DNA of 64,000 nucleotides, taken from IMG/VR virus record IMGVR_UViG_3300033994_000436, one strand, 5' to 3'. The notes under the pieces were generated by a model. It saw nothing but the letters and a program-made list of their open reading frames with translations. It had not been told where the DNA came from and did no database searches. The stretch is from an uncultured virus (IMG/VR IMGVR_UViG_3300033994_000436) (lineage: Duplodnaviria > Heunggongvirae > Uroviricota > Caudoviricetes). How positions within the stretch are numbered: the first letter of the stretch is position 1; each line of letters opens with the position of its first letter. A program made the translations under genes and the position numbers. This document shows, piece by piece, positions 44,901 through 53,823 of the stretch.

Positions 44901-47059
44901 GTAAGGATATTAATTCCTACGTTGTTCTGGCCTGCGCGAAGCGTGCCATTGACTAATTGATTGAGATTGGTCAACTGAGTAACAAATTGGCGGCTAAACT
45001 CATCCCTAGTCTGGACATTCGCCCTTGTTACAGCCGACAGGATATTCCTCTCAGCTTGTGCAACCTTGCCAAGTTGTTCAGCATCCTTTTTTCCAAGCGC
45101 AACGGCATCGTTATATGCTTGTTCGGCATTAGCCGCACGCTGTGTGTGAAGGTCAACGATGTTGTCCCAACTTGTTACAGCATCGAGTGTCGTGCGAGTT
45201 TCTGGATCAAGATCGCGATAGGTTTTTAGGTCATCAATGTCCTGTTGCCTGCGGTTGCGAGCGTCAATTACAGGGTCAACTCCTGTAATCTTTCCCCATG
45301 CTTGGTGAACTACTCGACCACCAAGACCATAGAGAAGGCCAGTAGAAGTGAGTTTGTTAAGCTCTTCCGGCGATGCTGACTCCAATGCGCCTGTCGCAAG
45401 AGCAATAAGGGTTGGATTAACTCCAGCCTTTGCGTACTCAACAACATTGTTGATTGTATTATCCAGCCTCCTGCCTCCAAATCGAAGAATCTTAGCCGTA
45501 TTCTCGCTTGCCTCTGGGAATGAAGCCAGCGTTTCAAATGTACCCTTGCTTCCGCCTGCCGCTAGGACGCGAGCCTCTTCAATGTCACGGATAAGCGCAG
45601 GAGTTTTGGCGGCATACTTCAATGCGGCGAGGGCTGGCCTTCCAGCTTTACCAAGAACAGCACCTGCAATAGCCCCCTCACCTCTGCGTTCATCTCCGGC
45701 AACTACGGCTCCGATTGCGGGAGGAGCAAGCTCCTTGAGAATTTTGGGAGTTGCCTCTCCAATTCTTGTTCCAGCCGCCTCTACATTCTCAATTCCAGTA
45801 GCCAATGCACCAGCCGCCCTGCCAAGCAAAGAAGGCTTCTGAGCTTGTTCTAGCCCCCTCATTGCGGCCTCTCTTTGCAATGTTTGAGCGGCATCGTTCA
45901 TTGCCTTGATCTCCTGATCAGTCTTTCCTAAGTATTTTGCACCTTGGATTAGCCTCGGCGTTAGTCCCATTCCAGCCTCAAGACCAAGCGACACAAGGCC
46001 CATTTCGCCAAGCCCAAGTCCGGCTGGTGCAGTAAATGTTGCAAATGTTGCGATGTCTTCATCCGCTGGCATTTCCCTGCTGGCAATATCAGAGGTAGTC
46101 TGCCTAGCAATAGCGTTGGCGATTTCCTTTCGCTTGCTGTCGGCTTGCTCTGCGGTCAGTCCCTCTTGAGCCATGAGCGTCTCACGATCCGGCAGGGTAT
46201 TAAGTACCACATATGCCAAAGCATCGTTTGCCATGTCGCCCTTTAGTATCCGGCTGTAGATGCTTGGATTCTCTTGCATCTCCTGAGTCTGGATTCGATC
46301 AACCAAATTCCTAGCCTTGTAGTTCTCGTAGCTCTTCTCACGATCCTGAACGCCAAGTGACTCACTGAGCCTGTCTTTAAGTCCGATACCGCCTTCCTTT
46401 AGCTTTGTAAACAGGTATGCCGCACTTTCTGGAAGTGCAGTAATGCCGGATGCATAGTCCTTAATAGGCTTGAAGCTAGGATGTCCCCATCCGCTTGGGT
46501 CTTGGTCAGCATCAGAAAATAATGATTGTTCCGCGAACTTTTTGGCTCCTTTGAGGAAGCTAACGCCACCACCAAATACCTCCTGACCTATCTTCTTCCA
46601 GTCTTCCAATGTATTTACTCCCTCATTCCAAGGGAGGCTCATTTCATAATCAAACTTAGTCCTGAGTAGGTTTTCCGTTAGTGGTATATCCTTACGAACG
46701 TTTGTAACCTCCTCAAGCTCTTTTGGTGACAGCAAGTTGAGGGACTGCATATCAAAATCATCCATCTGTGCGCCTGTCTTTCCGGCTAACTGACCAAGTA
46801 CTACGCTCTCTGGAGTTTCCTCCTTTGGCTCTGCTGGCTTAGTTAAATCTGCAAAGAACGCTTCTGGATCATCAGCAACAGAAGCCTGTTTCGCTTTAGG
46901 TTGATCTTCTACTGGCTCAGTACTTCCAGCCAATGGATTGCCAACCTGCGTATCTACAGGTTCAGGAACAGGACTTACTCCAACGGCAGTTTCTTCTTTC
47001 TGCGGTTTGTTAAGTTCTTCAAAAAATGCTTCAGGGTTATCGGTAATTGATGGAGGCAT
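38954..47059 (-). CDS. Giant polyvalent/ejection protein (~2,701 aa): zincin HExxH, LPD-type domain, HeH-like domain, ADP-ribosyltransferase-like domain
   Basis: LNHEVGHH (~44630); GGENYRE-like/LFIEELQSD/PDAPF motifs (~41800-42500); AQRLVDERA..GY..WYHGT...VKSADPATYD...IPLSQRF (~40300-40900); last gene of the internal-virion block. Confidence 0.8.
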   Translation of the reverse strand: MPPSITDNPEAFFEELNKPQKEETAVGVSPVPEPVDTQVGNPLAGSTEPVEDQPKAKQASVADDPEAFFADLTKPAEPKEETPESVVLGQLAGKTGAQMDDFDMQSLNLLSPKELEEVTNVRKDIPLTENLLRTKFDYEMSLPWNEGVNTLEDWKKIGQEVFGGGVSFLKGAKKFAEQSLFSDADQDPSGWGHPSFKPIKDYASGITALPESAAYLFTKLKEGGIGLKDRLSESLGVQDREKSYENYKARNLVDRIQTQEMQENPSIYSRILKGDMANDALAYVVLNTLPDRETLMAQEGLTAEQADSKRKEIANAIARQTTSDIASREMPADEDIATFATFTAPAGLGLGEMGLVSLGLEAGMGLTPRLIQGAKYLGKTDQEIKAMNDAAQTLQREAAMRGLEQAQKPSLLGRAAGALATGIENVEAAGTRIGEATPKILKELAPPAIGAVVAGDERRGEGAIAGAVLGKAGRPALAALKYAAKTPALIRDIEEARVLAAGGSKGTFETLASFPEASENTAKILRFGGRRLDNTINNVVEYAKAGVNPTLIALATGALESASPEELNKLTSTGLLYGLGGRVVHQAWGKITGVDPVIDARNRRQQDIDDLKTYRDLDPETRTTLDAVTSWDNIVDLHTQRAANAEQAYNDAVALGKKDAEQLGKVAQAERNILSAVTRANVQTRDEFSRQFVTQLTNLNQLVNGTLRAGQNNVGINILTPAQIVAKFRQDPANATATDQEILEVASQRGFYSTPEGAVEYQAGMSMDAPKKKIVFDRTKPSVVINADALKARMMIEGSTPIDALNHEVGHHVRNIPEFREANKDAEDLLFSQEVKDPAGNVVAVTAGQYSGKDLVDMYLNDYLKGKTPDQITQLSQIAGLWDYSRGALNETAVAEYMKDEIIAELNSETFSTHLGKGLDSGILHMVDVARLKTKKNLLDRAVQKFFGLGGKGEATSDLTGARFSPEVLAANRQAMRALQSLQGEVSQAVTAVESPKISRSEMLKNKAIRDRYGKYAGLFKTKMQGQVFDGNGNPIGTPIDIANPSASEGSWESRNGVTRQLNGYGARPDEVAEGSGVVIPDGGRLVVQKQIVTQPDGVTPVMMELSEAKKLQKARAQVIRQSLNTPDEGAPNRFEPVADDSDTWRGTFTPLQIQAIKDMPEGIIPKSIKEHMLKINDMIVRGDGGRMLVDYAAVMNDAGKYTAYSPKVYDVVPIGMHLSSKGNFLVTTISVGRMFDKLNAWSERMPARLAPWGGSKDAFFKEFTDTYLQNWQYREKDAKGNEMYPRGKAGETGISGTPEEALAKKDIFNDFLNLTINDFRGLNTDRTKTPRRRGDVRGKDIDRTIMSMRLDHMAELMDNDSAPKVPINYKNAISNFLPAEESAPAPAQEERRTTPFDGITATYKPSASNAGISFRPSTPTEEYPTSERGFYSGLQKTIDEKMPAKASPQQILSIVNNPQNAKAEEVKWSNIAGFLEGKANVTKQEVLDYLRNEGSVKFEERTLGGEDEFGMEAIALPNATKYSQYTLPNGENYREVVLTMPADTSRSEAKMEQLNKEYNDIMDQYTPNEWLEMSTNDPERYAIFNEQLRVADEKRRQLQIDVQTGRSGETYTSSHFQDIPNYVAHMRLNERPDAEGRDGLFIEELQSDRHQQGREKGYDVPEIHYRIFSEEFGAGGKDYLTKEEAEAAIPAFAEKNGVDPNTLIAKGEIYTSGNGVPDAPFRKDWPVQMFKRALRDAIEGDKEWIGWTNGETQAERYDLSKQVEKLRYFPPNSKMGQKFGTVLKAYGRNGDELINKVVSPEELPDVIGKEAAQRLLDPDAMRLDGHHELTGEELKVGGEGMKGFYDQILPKEIGKYVKKWGAKVEQDSTPIEEPNKKMKGFGTMWSTPDNSYRIWKEENGTIVVQKFGKNGYMDAMEDKDVPVDVWDKYDEFSETSVNQTPIWKVAITPEMRSSIKEGGQIAFMPKSEAREEERTERLPASGAELTASLVASGTSLESFGKGTLIQLAESYGIELPKDATRGEIIDAINERPQPVAAQTQETDIAFMPSSKLDETYAKAIESGDMEEAQRLVDERARQAGYTTGWYHGTDTDKWYIPSGHRGNAVIHVTKDEPTAKEFSDRAAEREDMEAGVVRKLYLKDGWYFDPRDEGDINTLINLYGDKYNEEMNGGQLFKDIRKHATFNNFEETDLANLIQDAGFDGYYDRENKDEPWGRSVAIFEPEMVKSADPATYDNEGKLIPLSQRFDTSKPDIRFMPYSPELPKTEDGKVDWEGFKTRTLEVAKPLADLSPLGGVSFMPAQDIEMKPSDDGRTIIYQHDKQTTTKPPVKPVETLSGEVVGMLEADRHNTLGDNMGGPMHPFLLSNQAIARLLDGRGFKPVWANMNSAFVTRAKNIIKNTTSGRALIQLMKEEAHISNRKFVTDVMSELDKKKASMPKDIVDSLHVILELGARNPATKLKEVTAAQKAFKDGDITQRQLNKVIKDNQEAIDKYGPMVAFLAKLGSIKSKATRGNIESFNKSYGEHIKDYQKQGWYKKIAEKYKDIKFADEAARFTFNQRGAAMKRLRGIAYAPDITKKLADSMDFKGGKNLDLVASVQLSKDPEAFAIYTGKDPKQEAKMSENERYLRDQFMKNPKFKKHPSYDWMMLGPENADSFILDKPVDPLVLFPDYAKNHPKANVRNGSKETIVGTMKKSKIPLKIK

Positions 47060-47060
47060 T

Positions 47061-48926
47061 CTATTGCTGTTGAATAAGTGTTGTTGCGGCTCCACCCGTC
47101 CATCCTTGAGGGGTTGTTTCGATCTCCTCAAGGTTGATGATGGAACTTTTAGAGTTATCTATTTTTCTCCTTAGTTCAACTGCATTTTTGCCTATCTCTT
47201 CAATCTGTTTCTTGAGCTTTTCTGAAGTTGATTTGTCTCCAGATGCAAATGCCCTTTGCCTTTCTGCATTTAGCTTGAGTGCCTGAGTTTTAAGCTCATT
47301 AATCTCCTCAAGTACTTGGAATTTTGTCTTAGGAACAATGTATGGTTGGGGAAGGCTGTCCTCATCCTTAACACCTTGCTTAATTAATTTTGCTCTAGTC
47401 ATCTGTACAGCTTGATTCGCAATCTTCGCCTGTGCATCGTTGTCCTCTGCAATAACTCTGAGCATTTGATCGCGCTGGTTCTGAGATAGTCGATCTCCAC
47501 CTTCAAGCCTCATTCCAAGCGTTTTTGCCTTATCAACAATACCCATTGACCCAAGAACAAGATTTGCTTGCCCTTCGGTTACTCGACCTCCGCCCTCTGC
47601 CCTTGCAAACATATCAAGCAATCCAACATCTGAGATTCCCGCCCCTTCAGGATTTTTGATGATAGCATCGTAATCCTTAACGAATCGTGTAAATGATTGT
47701 TGCATTCCGTTTGGGGCAGTAAATGCCTTCACAGCCGGATGCGATTGGAACATGACGGCTTCACGATTAAGTATATTTTGCTCTTTAAGACCTTGCTGAG
47801 TTTTGGATGTCTCTTCCCTAGTCTTTTGAGCCTCTTCCCTAGCGGCTTTTGCGGCTGGATCGTGTTGTTTCCAAGGAATTACAAAGTTTCCAAATTTATC
47901 CGGCTTTGGTGCGCTTTCCGCATACCAGTTAGGATTGTCGGCCTGAGAATCAATATATCTTTGAGCTTCAGCATATGATTTGAATCCAGCCCTTGGAACT
48001 CCACTGGTTGCTTTTGGTGCTACAGCAGGCTGTTCCGCATAAGCCAATTGAATATCAGCAAGTGCCTTATCTGTATTTTCCAGTGCTTGATCAGAAAAGC
48101 CACCAAGAGTTGAAAGTGGTGCTGTAACTGCTTTTGGTTTGCGTAACCAATCAGGGGCTTGTGCAGGTATTTCAGTAGGTTCTGGAAATGCTTCAGTGCT
48201 TGCTACAAGACCTCCCTTAACTTTAGACCAATCAATAGATGAAAGCGCACGCAACGCCTCTTCTCCGCGAGGAGATGGTGCGGCAGATTGGTCAACTGGT
48301 GCTGTAATGCTACTTAATGGAGATGATCCGTTATCAAGTCTGAAAACATCGCCAGTAGTATCTTCTTCAGGAAGATTTATGCTTTCAAACGAGCCGCCCT
48401 TGATAGGAGAAAAATCCCTGTCGTACCTTTCTGCTTTTGGATAAGCAGTAGGAACTGGAGCAGATGACATTGCAGAAGTCCCGTAATCTCCAGCTTCTCC
48501 CTCAGAATCATAATTTGGAGCCATTGAACCATCGGGCTGATATTGCTTTGGAAGAGATGCTTTGAATCTAGCGAGTGCCGCTTCGTCTTGGACTCTGTTT
48601 TCGCGCATCTTTTCTTCCCTATCATACTTTTCAGAAAGAAGCCTTTCTTCTCTTCCCTCCTTGCGAAGTGTTTCTTCTTTATCTTGCTTACTCTTGAAGG
48701 CCGCTTGGATTCCCTGCGCGATAGATCCCAGTCCACTTGCAATTCCTTGCCCAATCAACTCCGGCCTGCTACTAGGAACATTAATTCCGGCAGTTGGTCT
48801 AAACTGAACAGGTGACTGGCCTCCTCCCGAAAAGGAAATCGGCTTCAGTCCCGCCAAAGATTGTTCGTCAACCTTTGCAAGAACTGGAGAAAATGCATAG
48901 CCGCCTGTTTGAAAAGAATAAGCCAT
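47061..48926 (-). CDS. Internal virion (ejection) protein
   Basis: 621 aa, helical/charged; upstream of the giant protein; D..L....A....GG.V.EG motif. Confidence 0.6.
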   Translation of the reverse strand: MAYSFQTGGYAFSPVLAKVDEQSLAGLKPISFSGGGQSPVQFRPTAGINVPSSRPELIGQGIASGLGSIAQGIQAAFKSKQDKEETLRKEGREERLLSEKYDREEKMRENRVQDEAALARFKASLPKQYQPDGSMAPNYDSEGEAGDYGTSAMSSAPVPTAYPKAERYDRDFSPIKGGSFESINLPEEDTTGDVFRLDNGSSPLSSITAPVDQSAAPSPRGEEALRALSSIDWSKVKGGLVASTEAFPEPTEIPAQAPDWLRKPKAVTAPLSTLGGFSDQALENTDKALADIQLAYAEQPAVAPKATSGVPRAGFKSYAEAQRYIDSQADNPNWYAESAPKPDKFGNFVIPWKQHDPAAKAAREEAQKTREETSKTQQGLKEQNILNREAVMFQSHPAVKAFTAPNGMQQSFTRFVKDYDAIIKNPEGAGISDVGLLDMFARAEGGGRVTEGQANLVLGSMGIVDKAKTLGMRLEGGDRLSQNQRDQMLRVIAEDNDAQAKIANQAVQMTRAKLIKQGVKDEDSLPQPYIVPKTKFQVLEEINELKTQALKLNAERQRAFASGDKSTSEKLKKQIEEIGKNAVELRRKIDNSKSSIINLEEIETTPQGWTGGAATTLIQQQ

Positions 48927-48931
48927 TTTGT

Positions 48932-49438
48932 TTAAGATCCACCAAACTGAATACCAGAAGAGGGGGGAAGAGTAAACTTGTTTGATCCAGCACCAGTAAC
49001 ATTAGTTGCCTGCGCTTGCACCGCCGCTTGAGCGGCAGGAGAAGATATTGCAGGACTCAATGCGGCAGTTCCGCCACCAGCACCAACATTGGAAATACCA
49101 ATTTTTGCGGCAACCGATGGGTTGTATCCACCGCCACCAATAGATGTTTGGCCTCCAGCGGCGGCAGTTGATTGTTGAGCCTGCGCTGATGACGCATCTT
49201 GAACCTGCTGTGCTTGGTTCGCAGATGCTAATTGTTGTTGGGCAGTGGCCGTGCCTTGCGTTGCTTTCGATTGTGCATCAGTAACAGCTTTATTGTATTC
49301 TGCTTGCTGTTGCGCCTTTAGAGCGGCTTGACGGGCGGCTTCTGCGGCTTTCGCGGCGGCGGCTTGTTGAGCCGCAAGCTGTGCGCTATAATCAGGCTGT
49401 CGTTGTTGTTGGCTTCCGCCGCCTCTTCCTCCACCCAT
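48932..49438 (-). CDS. Ala/Gln/Gly-rich internal virion protein
   Basis: MGGG start; paralog of 49443-49961 (shared C-terminal VTGA..FTLP...G...GGS). Confidence 0.65.
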   Translation of the reverse strand: MGGGRGGGSQQQRQPDYSAQLAAQQAAAAKAAEAARQAALKAQQQAEYNKAVTDAQSKATQGTATAQQQLASANQAQQVQDASSAQAQQSTAAAGGQTSIGGGGYNPSVAAKIGISNVGAGGGTAALSPAISSPAAQAAVQAQATNVTGAGSNKFTLPPSSGIQFGGS

Positions 49439-49442
49439 AAAA

Positions 49443-49961
49443 TTAAGACCCTCCTAATTTCAAGCCAGTCCCGTCTGGCAATGTGAATTGATTAGCCCCA
49501 GTAACTCCCTTGTTTGCGGCTTGCGTAAGGCTTGCGGCAGTAGTCGCGGCAGGATTTTTATATGGGGAGAACCCACCAGCAAGATTGGATGCTGTAGCAG
49601 GAAGCATTCCAGAGGCGGCTCCAAGGTTAGAAAGCTGTGTCTGATACGCCTCATTCATGTCATAACCTCCTCCAATTGCGGATGCTCCCGCTCCAGCCGC
49701 CTGACGTTGAGATTCCGCAAGAGCGGAGGCATCTTTTGCCTGTTGGTACTGATCCTGAAGTCCAAGCTGTTGTTGTGCCGTTTGCATTCCAGTTCTGCCA
49801 GCTTGGTTAGCGGCCTGAACTTGCGTGTTATAAACGGCTTTTTCTTGCGCCAGTTGTGCGGCTTTTTGTGCCGCCGCCTGTTGTGCATTCATGCTTGCAA
49901 TCATAGCCAGCATTGCGCTGTTATCTTGCTGTGGTGCTGGTTTAGATCCTCCTCCGCCCAT
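49443..49961 (-). CDS. Ala/Gln/Gly-rich internal virion protein
   Basis: MGGGGSK start; paralog of 48932-49438. Confidence 0.65.
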   Translation of the reverse strand: MGGGGSKPAPQQDNSAMLAMIASMNAQQAAAQKAAQLAQEKAVYNTQVQAANQAGRTGMQTAQQQLGLQDQYQQAKDASALAESQRQAAGAGASAIGGGYDMNEAYQTQLSNLGAASGMLPATASNLAGGFSPYKNPAATTAASLTQAANKGVTGANQFTLPDGTGLKLGGS

Positions 49962-49998
49962 AATAGTAGTTGGTTAGTTGTTTGGTTTTTGGTTTGTT

Positions 49999-50676
49999 TT
50001 AACTATACGAATATGAAGGGGAAAATTGTCCCCATCCATATTTTTGCTGAACTGCCATTGGAGCAGAAGTTTGTGCAGTAAATCCTCCAGACGGCATTGC
50101 TGATTTTGCTCCTGCACTTGCAAGACCGCCAATTAATGCTCCACCAATAGGGCCAGCCAATGCAGTTCCTGCAATAGTTCCAGCCGCACCGATACCCGCT
50201 CCAATAAGGGCATTTTGAGACGATTGATTTTGTGCCGCCGCCTGCATCATGGCCTGTTGATAATTTTGCCATTCCTGCTGTTGTTTATTAACAGCCTGAG
50301 ATGTAGATCCCATCATTTGGTTGATCCAATCAGTAGTTGATTGCAGATTCTGTTGCGCTGTTTGGTATCCTCCCTGACGAGCCGCCTGACGTTGCTGAAG
50401 AGCCTGTGCTTGCTGTGCTTGCTGTGCCGCAATAGCCTGTGCAGGGTCAATGCCAGCTACTGGAGCCTGCCCAATAGCTTGCGCTACTTGAGATAGATTC
50501 TGCGCCCTCAACGCTTGAGCTTGCGCTGTAGCTTGATCAAAGAAGCCAGACTTTCCAATGGTGCTATCTTGCAACCCCGTGTTAAGGTAGTTTTGAAGTC
50601 CAGCAGTCTTCGTCCAATCGGCTAACTCATTTTGCCAAGAAAATGGATTTTGTTGGTTTGCAGTATAGCCGTCCAT
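49999..50676 (-). CDS. Ejection/pilot protein with glycine-zipper segment
   Basis: Gln/Ala-rich; GAGIGAAGTIAGTALAGPIGGALIGG. Confidence 0.65.
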   Translation of the reverse strand: MDGYTANQQNPFSWQNELADWTKTAGLQNYLNTGLQDSTIGKSGFFDQATAQAQALRAQNLSQVAQAIGQAPVAGIDPAQAIAAQQAQQAQALQQRQAARQGGYQTAQQNLQSTTDWINQMMGSTSQAVNKQQQEWQNYQQAMMQAAAQNQSSQNALIGAGIGAAGTIAGTALAGPIGGALIGGLASAGAKSAMPSGGFTAQTSAPMAVQQKYGWGQFSPSYSYS

Positions 50677-50680
50677 AAAT

Positions 50681-51037
50681 TTACAAGCCTACGCTTTTTC
50701 CCCATTGTTGCATCTGATTTTGCCAATAGTTTGGCGCGAGCGGAGCTACTTGTTGTTTCTGAAGTTCCTCGCGAGCGGCGGCGGCATATGGATTGCTCAT
50801 CTTCTCCAGTTCCTTGCTCTTGTAAGCATTTACAGCGGCGATCTGTCCCATCTGGTTCAATGCTCCTTGTGGGCCATAGATGTCTATTTGTTGTGTCTCA
50901 ATAGGTTGCGAGGAGCGCATAACATCAAGTGCATTCTGCCTAGCAAGCGCATCTATTCCGGCCTGCTGTTGCATTCCAAGCAAGGCCATGTCAACCGTTT
51001 GATCAGGTTTTGAAGGTGAAGGTGTGGAGCCGCCCAT
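50681..51037 (-). CDS. Internal virion protein (MGGS start)
   Basis: Gln/Ala-rich, first gene of the ejection block. Confidence 0.6.
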   Translation of the reverse strand: MGGSTPSPSKPDQTVDMALLGMQQQAGIDALARQNALDVMRSSQPIETQQIDIYGPQGALNQMGQIAAVNAYKSKELEKMSNPYAAAAREELQKQQVAPLAPNYWQNQMQQWGKSVGL

Positions 51038-51039
51038 AA

Positions 51040-51426
51040 TTAAGCAGGAATGTATAGTTCTCTGTGCATCCGTTGCAAGCCTAATTTATTCATTGTTTCT
51101 TCAGGAAAATTAACTCTTCCAGCATCAGTTGGCAAAGGCACTCCGATATATCCGTGTTTACCAGATAATTGCGTGTGCGCCTTCCAGTCACTCATTACCT
51201 GAACAACGTCCCTTGGCCTTGTAATTGCAGGATGAAATGCCGGATAAGTAACAGGAAGATATACGCAATCAGAATATCCAAAAACAATGTCTCCCCTACA
51301 TAGTGCGTGCAGGGTTGTATTTGGGCTATCTACAATGTGATGATCGAAGGACTTGGCAAATGTCTGCATTTGCCTGAACTCTTCTGTATTAGGCGCGATA
51401 TATTTGTAGTTTATGGATTCTCTCAT
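51040..51426 (-). CDS. Putative GNAT-fold protein between nozzle and ejection genes
   Basis: 128 aa; MNKLGLQR recalls the GNAT C-terminal KLGF motif; same position as T7 gp13-like genes. Confidence 0.4.
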   Translation of the reverse strand: MRESINYKYIAPNTEEFRQMQTFAKSFDHHIVDSPNTTLHALCRGDIVFGYSDCVYLPVTYPAFHPAITRPRDVVQVMSDWKAHTQLSGKHGYIGVPLPTDAGRVNFPEETMNKLGLQRMHRELYIPA

Positions 51427-51429
51427 AGA

Positions 51430-51675
51430 TTATGTTCCTACAGCTACAGACACACCATTGGCAAGTGTTGTTTCAACATTTTGTGCCTGTGCAGAAATAA
51501 TTTGCCTTCTCACATTACTATTGCCACACACTACGCAAGGCAGGCATGACCCATTTGTATTGTTATTAAGTGGTATGCTTGAATACATCGGAATAATCCC
51601 GTCAGATCCAAACGGACTCATATATTGGTTGGGAAACTCTGTTACTGGCTGGCTTGCTTGTGTAATTGTAGGCAT
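51430..51675 (-). CDS. Small putative structural protein
   Basis: 81 aa, CLPCVVC, in tail operon. Confidence 0.55.
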   Translation of the reverse strand: MPTITQASQPVTEFPNQYMSPFGSDGIIPMYSSIPLNNNTNGSCLPCVVCGNSNVRRQIISAQAQNVETTLANGVSVAVGT

Positions 51676-51678
51676 ATA

Positions 51679-53820
51679 TCAAGCACAGGGATTGGCGTTC
51701 CTGTATTGGTTGGCGGCGTTTGTTGCTTGCTGTGTGGCAAGTGCTATTGCCTGTGTGTTTGCGTCATCCTGCGACAGAAAGCTGGTAAACGATGCTGTTG
51801 CGGTAGCAGATACAGCGGGGGTAGTTGATGGTGATGCACAGCGCAAAGTAACTGTTCTTGTTTGCGTGCTAGACCATGAATTTACTGCGTTTCCTTTTTG
51901 TTCCTGTGGAGGCTGTGTCAAGTTAACAGAGATCGAACTGCCATCTTCTCCAACAACACAAGATTCTGTTTCGTTGTAATTCTTTTGTCCAACAGAAGGC
52001 TCGTTCCAAGGGTCTTGGTACATACGAATTGCTTCAACTCCCATAGCACCGCACCATTCCACAAGAAAACTAAATGCCTTGTCTACATCAAGTGAGTATT
52101 TAGATTCACAGGATGTACTTTTTGCAGTCCTGTTTACGTTTTCTGTAATCAATCGTCGGTATTGCGTCTGCAATATCCCCAAATCTTCAATCTCTCCGGC
52201 AACGAGACTTGTTTCGTACTGGTATGGATCATTTACGGCAAGTATTCGGTTGTTTAATATATCCTGATACACTCCCTTGCTACCGCGAAAAGATACCTTC
52301 ACATCCACGGTTCCAGAAATTTGAGAACAATCAAGCTCGCCATAAACAAGTTGTTTGAAACCCATTTCGTCACCAAGCAAAGCAGTTTCAAATTGGCAAT
52401 AGATTCGGTTGATTCGTTCCGTTGTAGTACCATCTTGGTTAATTTCTAGATAGGTATCATACCTTTCTGGAACAAAAGCCTCCCATAGGTGGTTAAACGA
52501 TCCATCAGAAGTTGATGCATAATCAACTGAGAATGCAAAGCATCTAGGAACAGAATTAATTGTATTGGTTGACCAGTTTACAGGTCTTATTCCATTCCAT
52601 ACACCCGCCCATGCCGGAGTGCGTGCTTGGTTCCATTCGGAGGCGGCGGCGTAATCCAGAACCATTGTTACGCTGTTCAGTGGTTCTAGGTACGGAATGC
52701 TGTACAACAGGTAGTTTTCGTATGAGGTGGCGCAAATTCTAGTATAATCTGGAGCCATTAGACGTTTTGCTTTTGCCATTTCAACGTCCTTGAATAGCAC
52801 CTGACTGGACAAATAACTTGATGCGGCAACGTCAACGCTTACAAGTCCACCTTGGGAATACCACCACATTAATCCATTCTGGAATGCGATGCTTTTTCCA
52901 GATACGCACCCAATGTTGGGGAATAGTGTCTGTTGGAAGTTGGGTGTAGTTGACCATTGCGATCTGTCAAGAATTCCGCTGGCAAGCGAATAAGTAGCCT
53001 GATCAGTAAAAACATACAATCTGGTGTCATTGTTTTGACCGATGTGGTCATGCATCGCTGTAACTGGTCTAGGAACGCTAAAATCTCCTCGACCAGCCCC
53101 AGCAGTGCGCTCTGTCCAAGAAAGAGGATTCGCCAAATCTGATGCGCTTATAATATTTCCAGAAGAAACCCAAAGTCGATTGCCGGAGTATGCCATCCAG
53201 TAACCAATTGGCATATCTGGAATATGCGCTCCCGTTTTATCTGAGCCATCCCAGTAATGTGCAGTATTGATGCCATCCTGAAAAACAACCATTCGGTGTG
53301 ATGGCGTTACAGTAGTGCCTCCGCTTGTATTAACTGCCGCAGATTGGGTCGCAACTACAAGGTTGATCTCTGTGATATTGGGATCTAGTTGAATTCCAGA
53401 AAGTTGATAGTCGCTCCATGACTTTGGTTGCGTAAGTGGGAATGGAGAATAATACGCCTTTCCATCAACAACGAAAACCGCATATGGAATTTCCGAGGCT
53501 TCAAATTCTGTTCCCTCTGGAGTGTATATCGTGTTTTTCTGCGTGATCGTTACGCCGGACAGGTTTGTTGTTGTTGAAGCCGCCCTAGCCTGCTTGTTGG
53601 CGTTAAAAATGATGCCTCCTTGAAAGTTCCCCTTGGGCAATGACAACTGCATCTTGTATCCGTTTCGCGTCTGGGCAATGCCGCCTCGCACATTAACATT
53701 TACAGCAAATTTTGCCTGATCCTCTGGAAGTGACCAAGGGTTGCGTACTGAATTAACGCCGTGAATCCAATTTGCGGTTGCTTTAACTGCCCTTCCTGAA
53801 GTGATGCTTTCGCTTTTCAT
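51679..53820 (-). CDS. Tail tubular protein B / nozzle
   Basis: 713 aa, beta-propeller-like (NRLWV, IGCVS..SI); follows the adaptor-like gene. Confidence 0.7.
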   Translation of the reverse strand: MKSESITSGRAVKATANWIHGVNSVRNPWSLPEDQAKFAVNVNVRGGIAQTRNGYKMQLSLPKGNFQGGIIFNANKQARAASTTTNLSGVTITQKNTIYTPEGTEFEASEIPYAVFVVDGKAYYSPFPLTQPKSWSDYQLSGIQLDPNITEINLVVATQSAAVNTSGGTTVTPSHRMVVFQDGINTAHYWDGSDKTGAHIPDMPIGYWMAYSGNRLWVSSGNIISASDLANPLSWTERTAGAGRGDFSVPRPVTAMHDHIGQNNDTRLYVFTDQATYSLASGILDRSQWSTTPNFQQTLFPNIGCVSGKSIAFQNGLMWWYSQGGLVSVDVAASSYLSSQVLFKDVEMAKAKRLMAPDYTRICATSYENYLLYSIPYLEPLNSVTMVLDYAAASEWNQARTPAWAGVWNGIRPVNWSTNTINSVPRCFAFSVDYASTSDGSFNHLWEAFVPERYDTYLEINQDGTTTERINRIYCQFETALLGDEMGFKQLVYGELDCSQISGTVDVKVSFRGSKGVYQDILNNRILAVNDPYQYETSLVAGEIEDLGILQTQYRRLITENVNRTAKSTSCESKYSLDVDKAFSFLVEWCGAMGVEAIRMYQDPWNEPSVGQKNYNETESCVVGEDGSSISVNLTQPPQEQKGNAVNSWSSTQTRTVTLRCASPSTTPAVSATATASFTSFLSQDDANTQAIALATQQATNAANQYRNANPCA

Positions 53821-53823
53821 GCC

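Noticed and set aside
47060..47131. 24-aa N-terminal extension of the giant protein
   Set aside because: Overlaps the upstream gene; ATG 47059 follows its stop by 1 nt.
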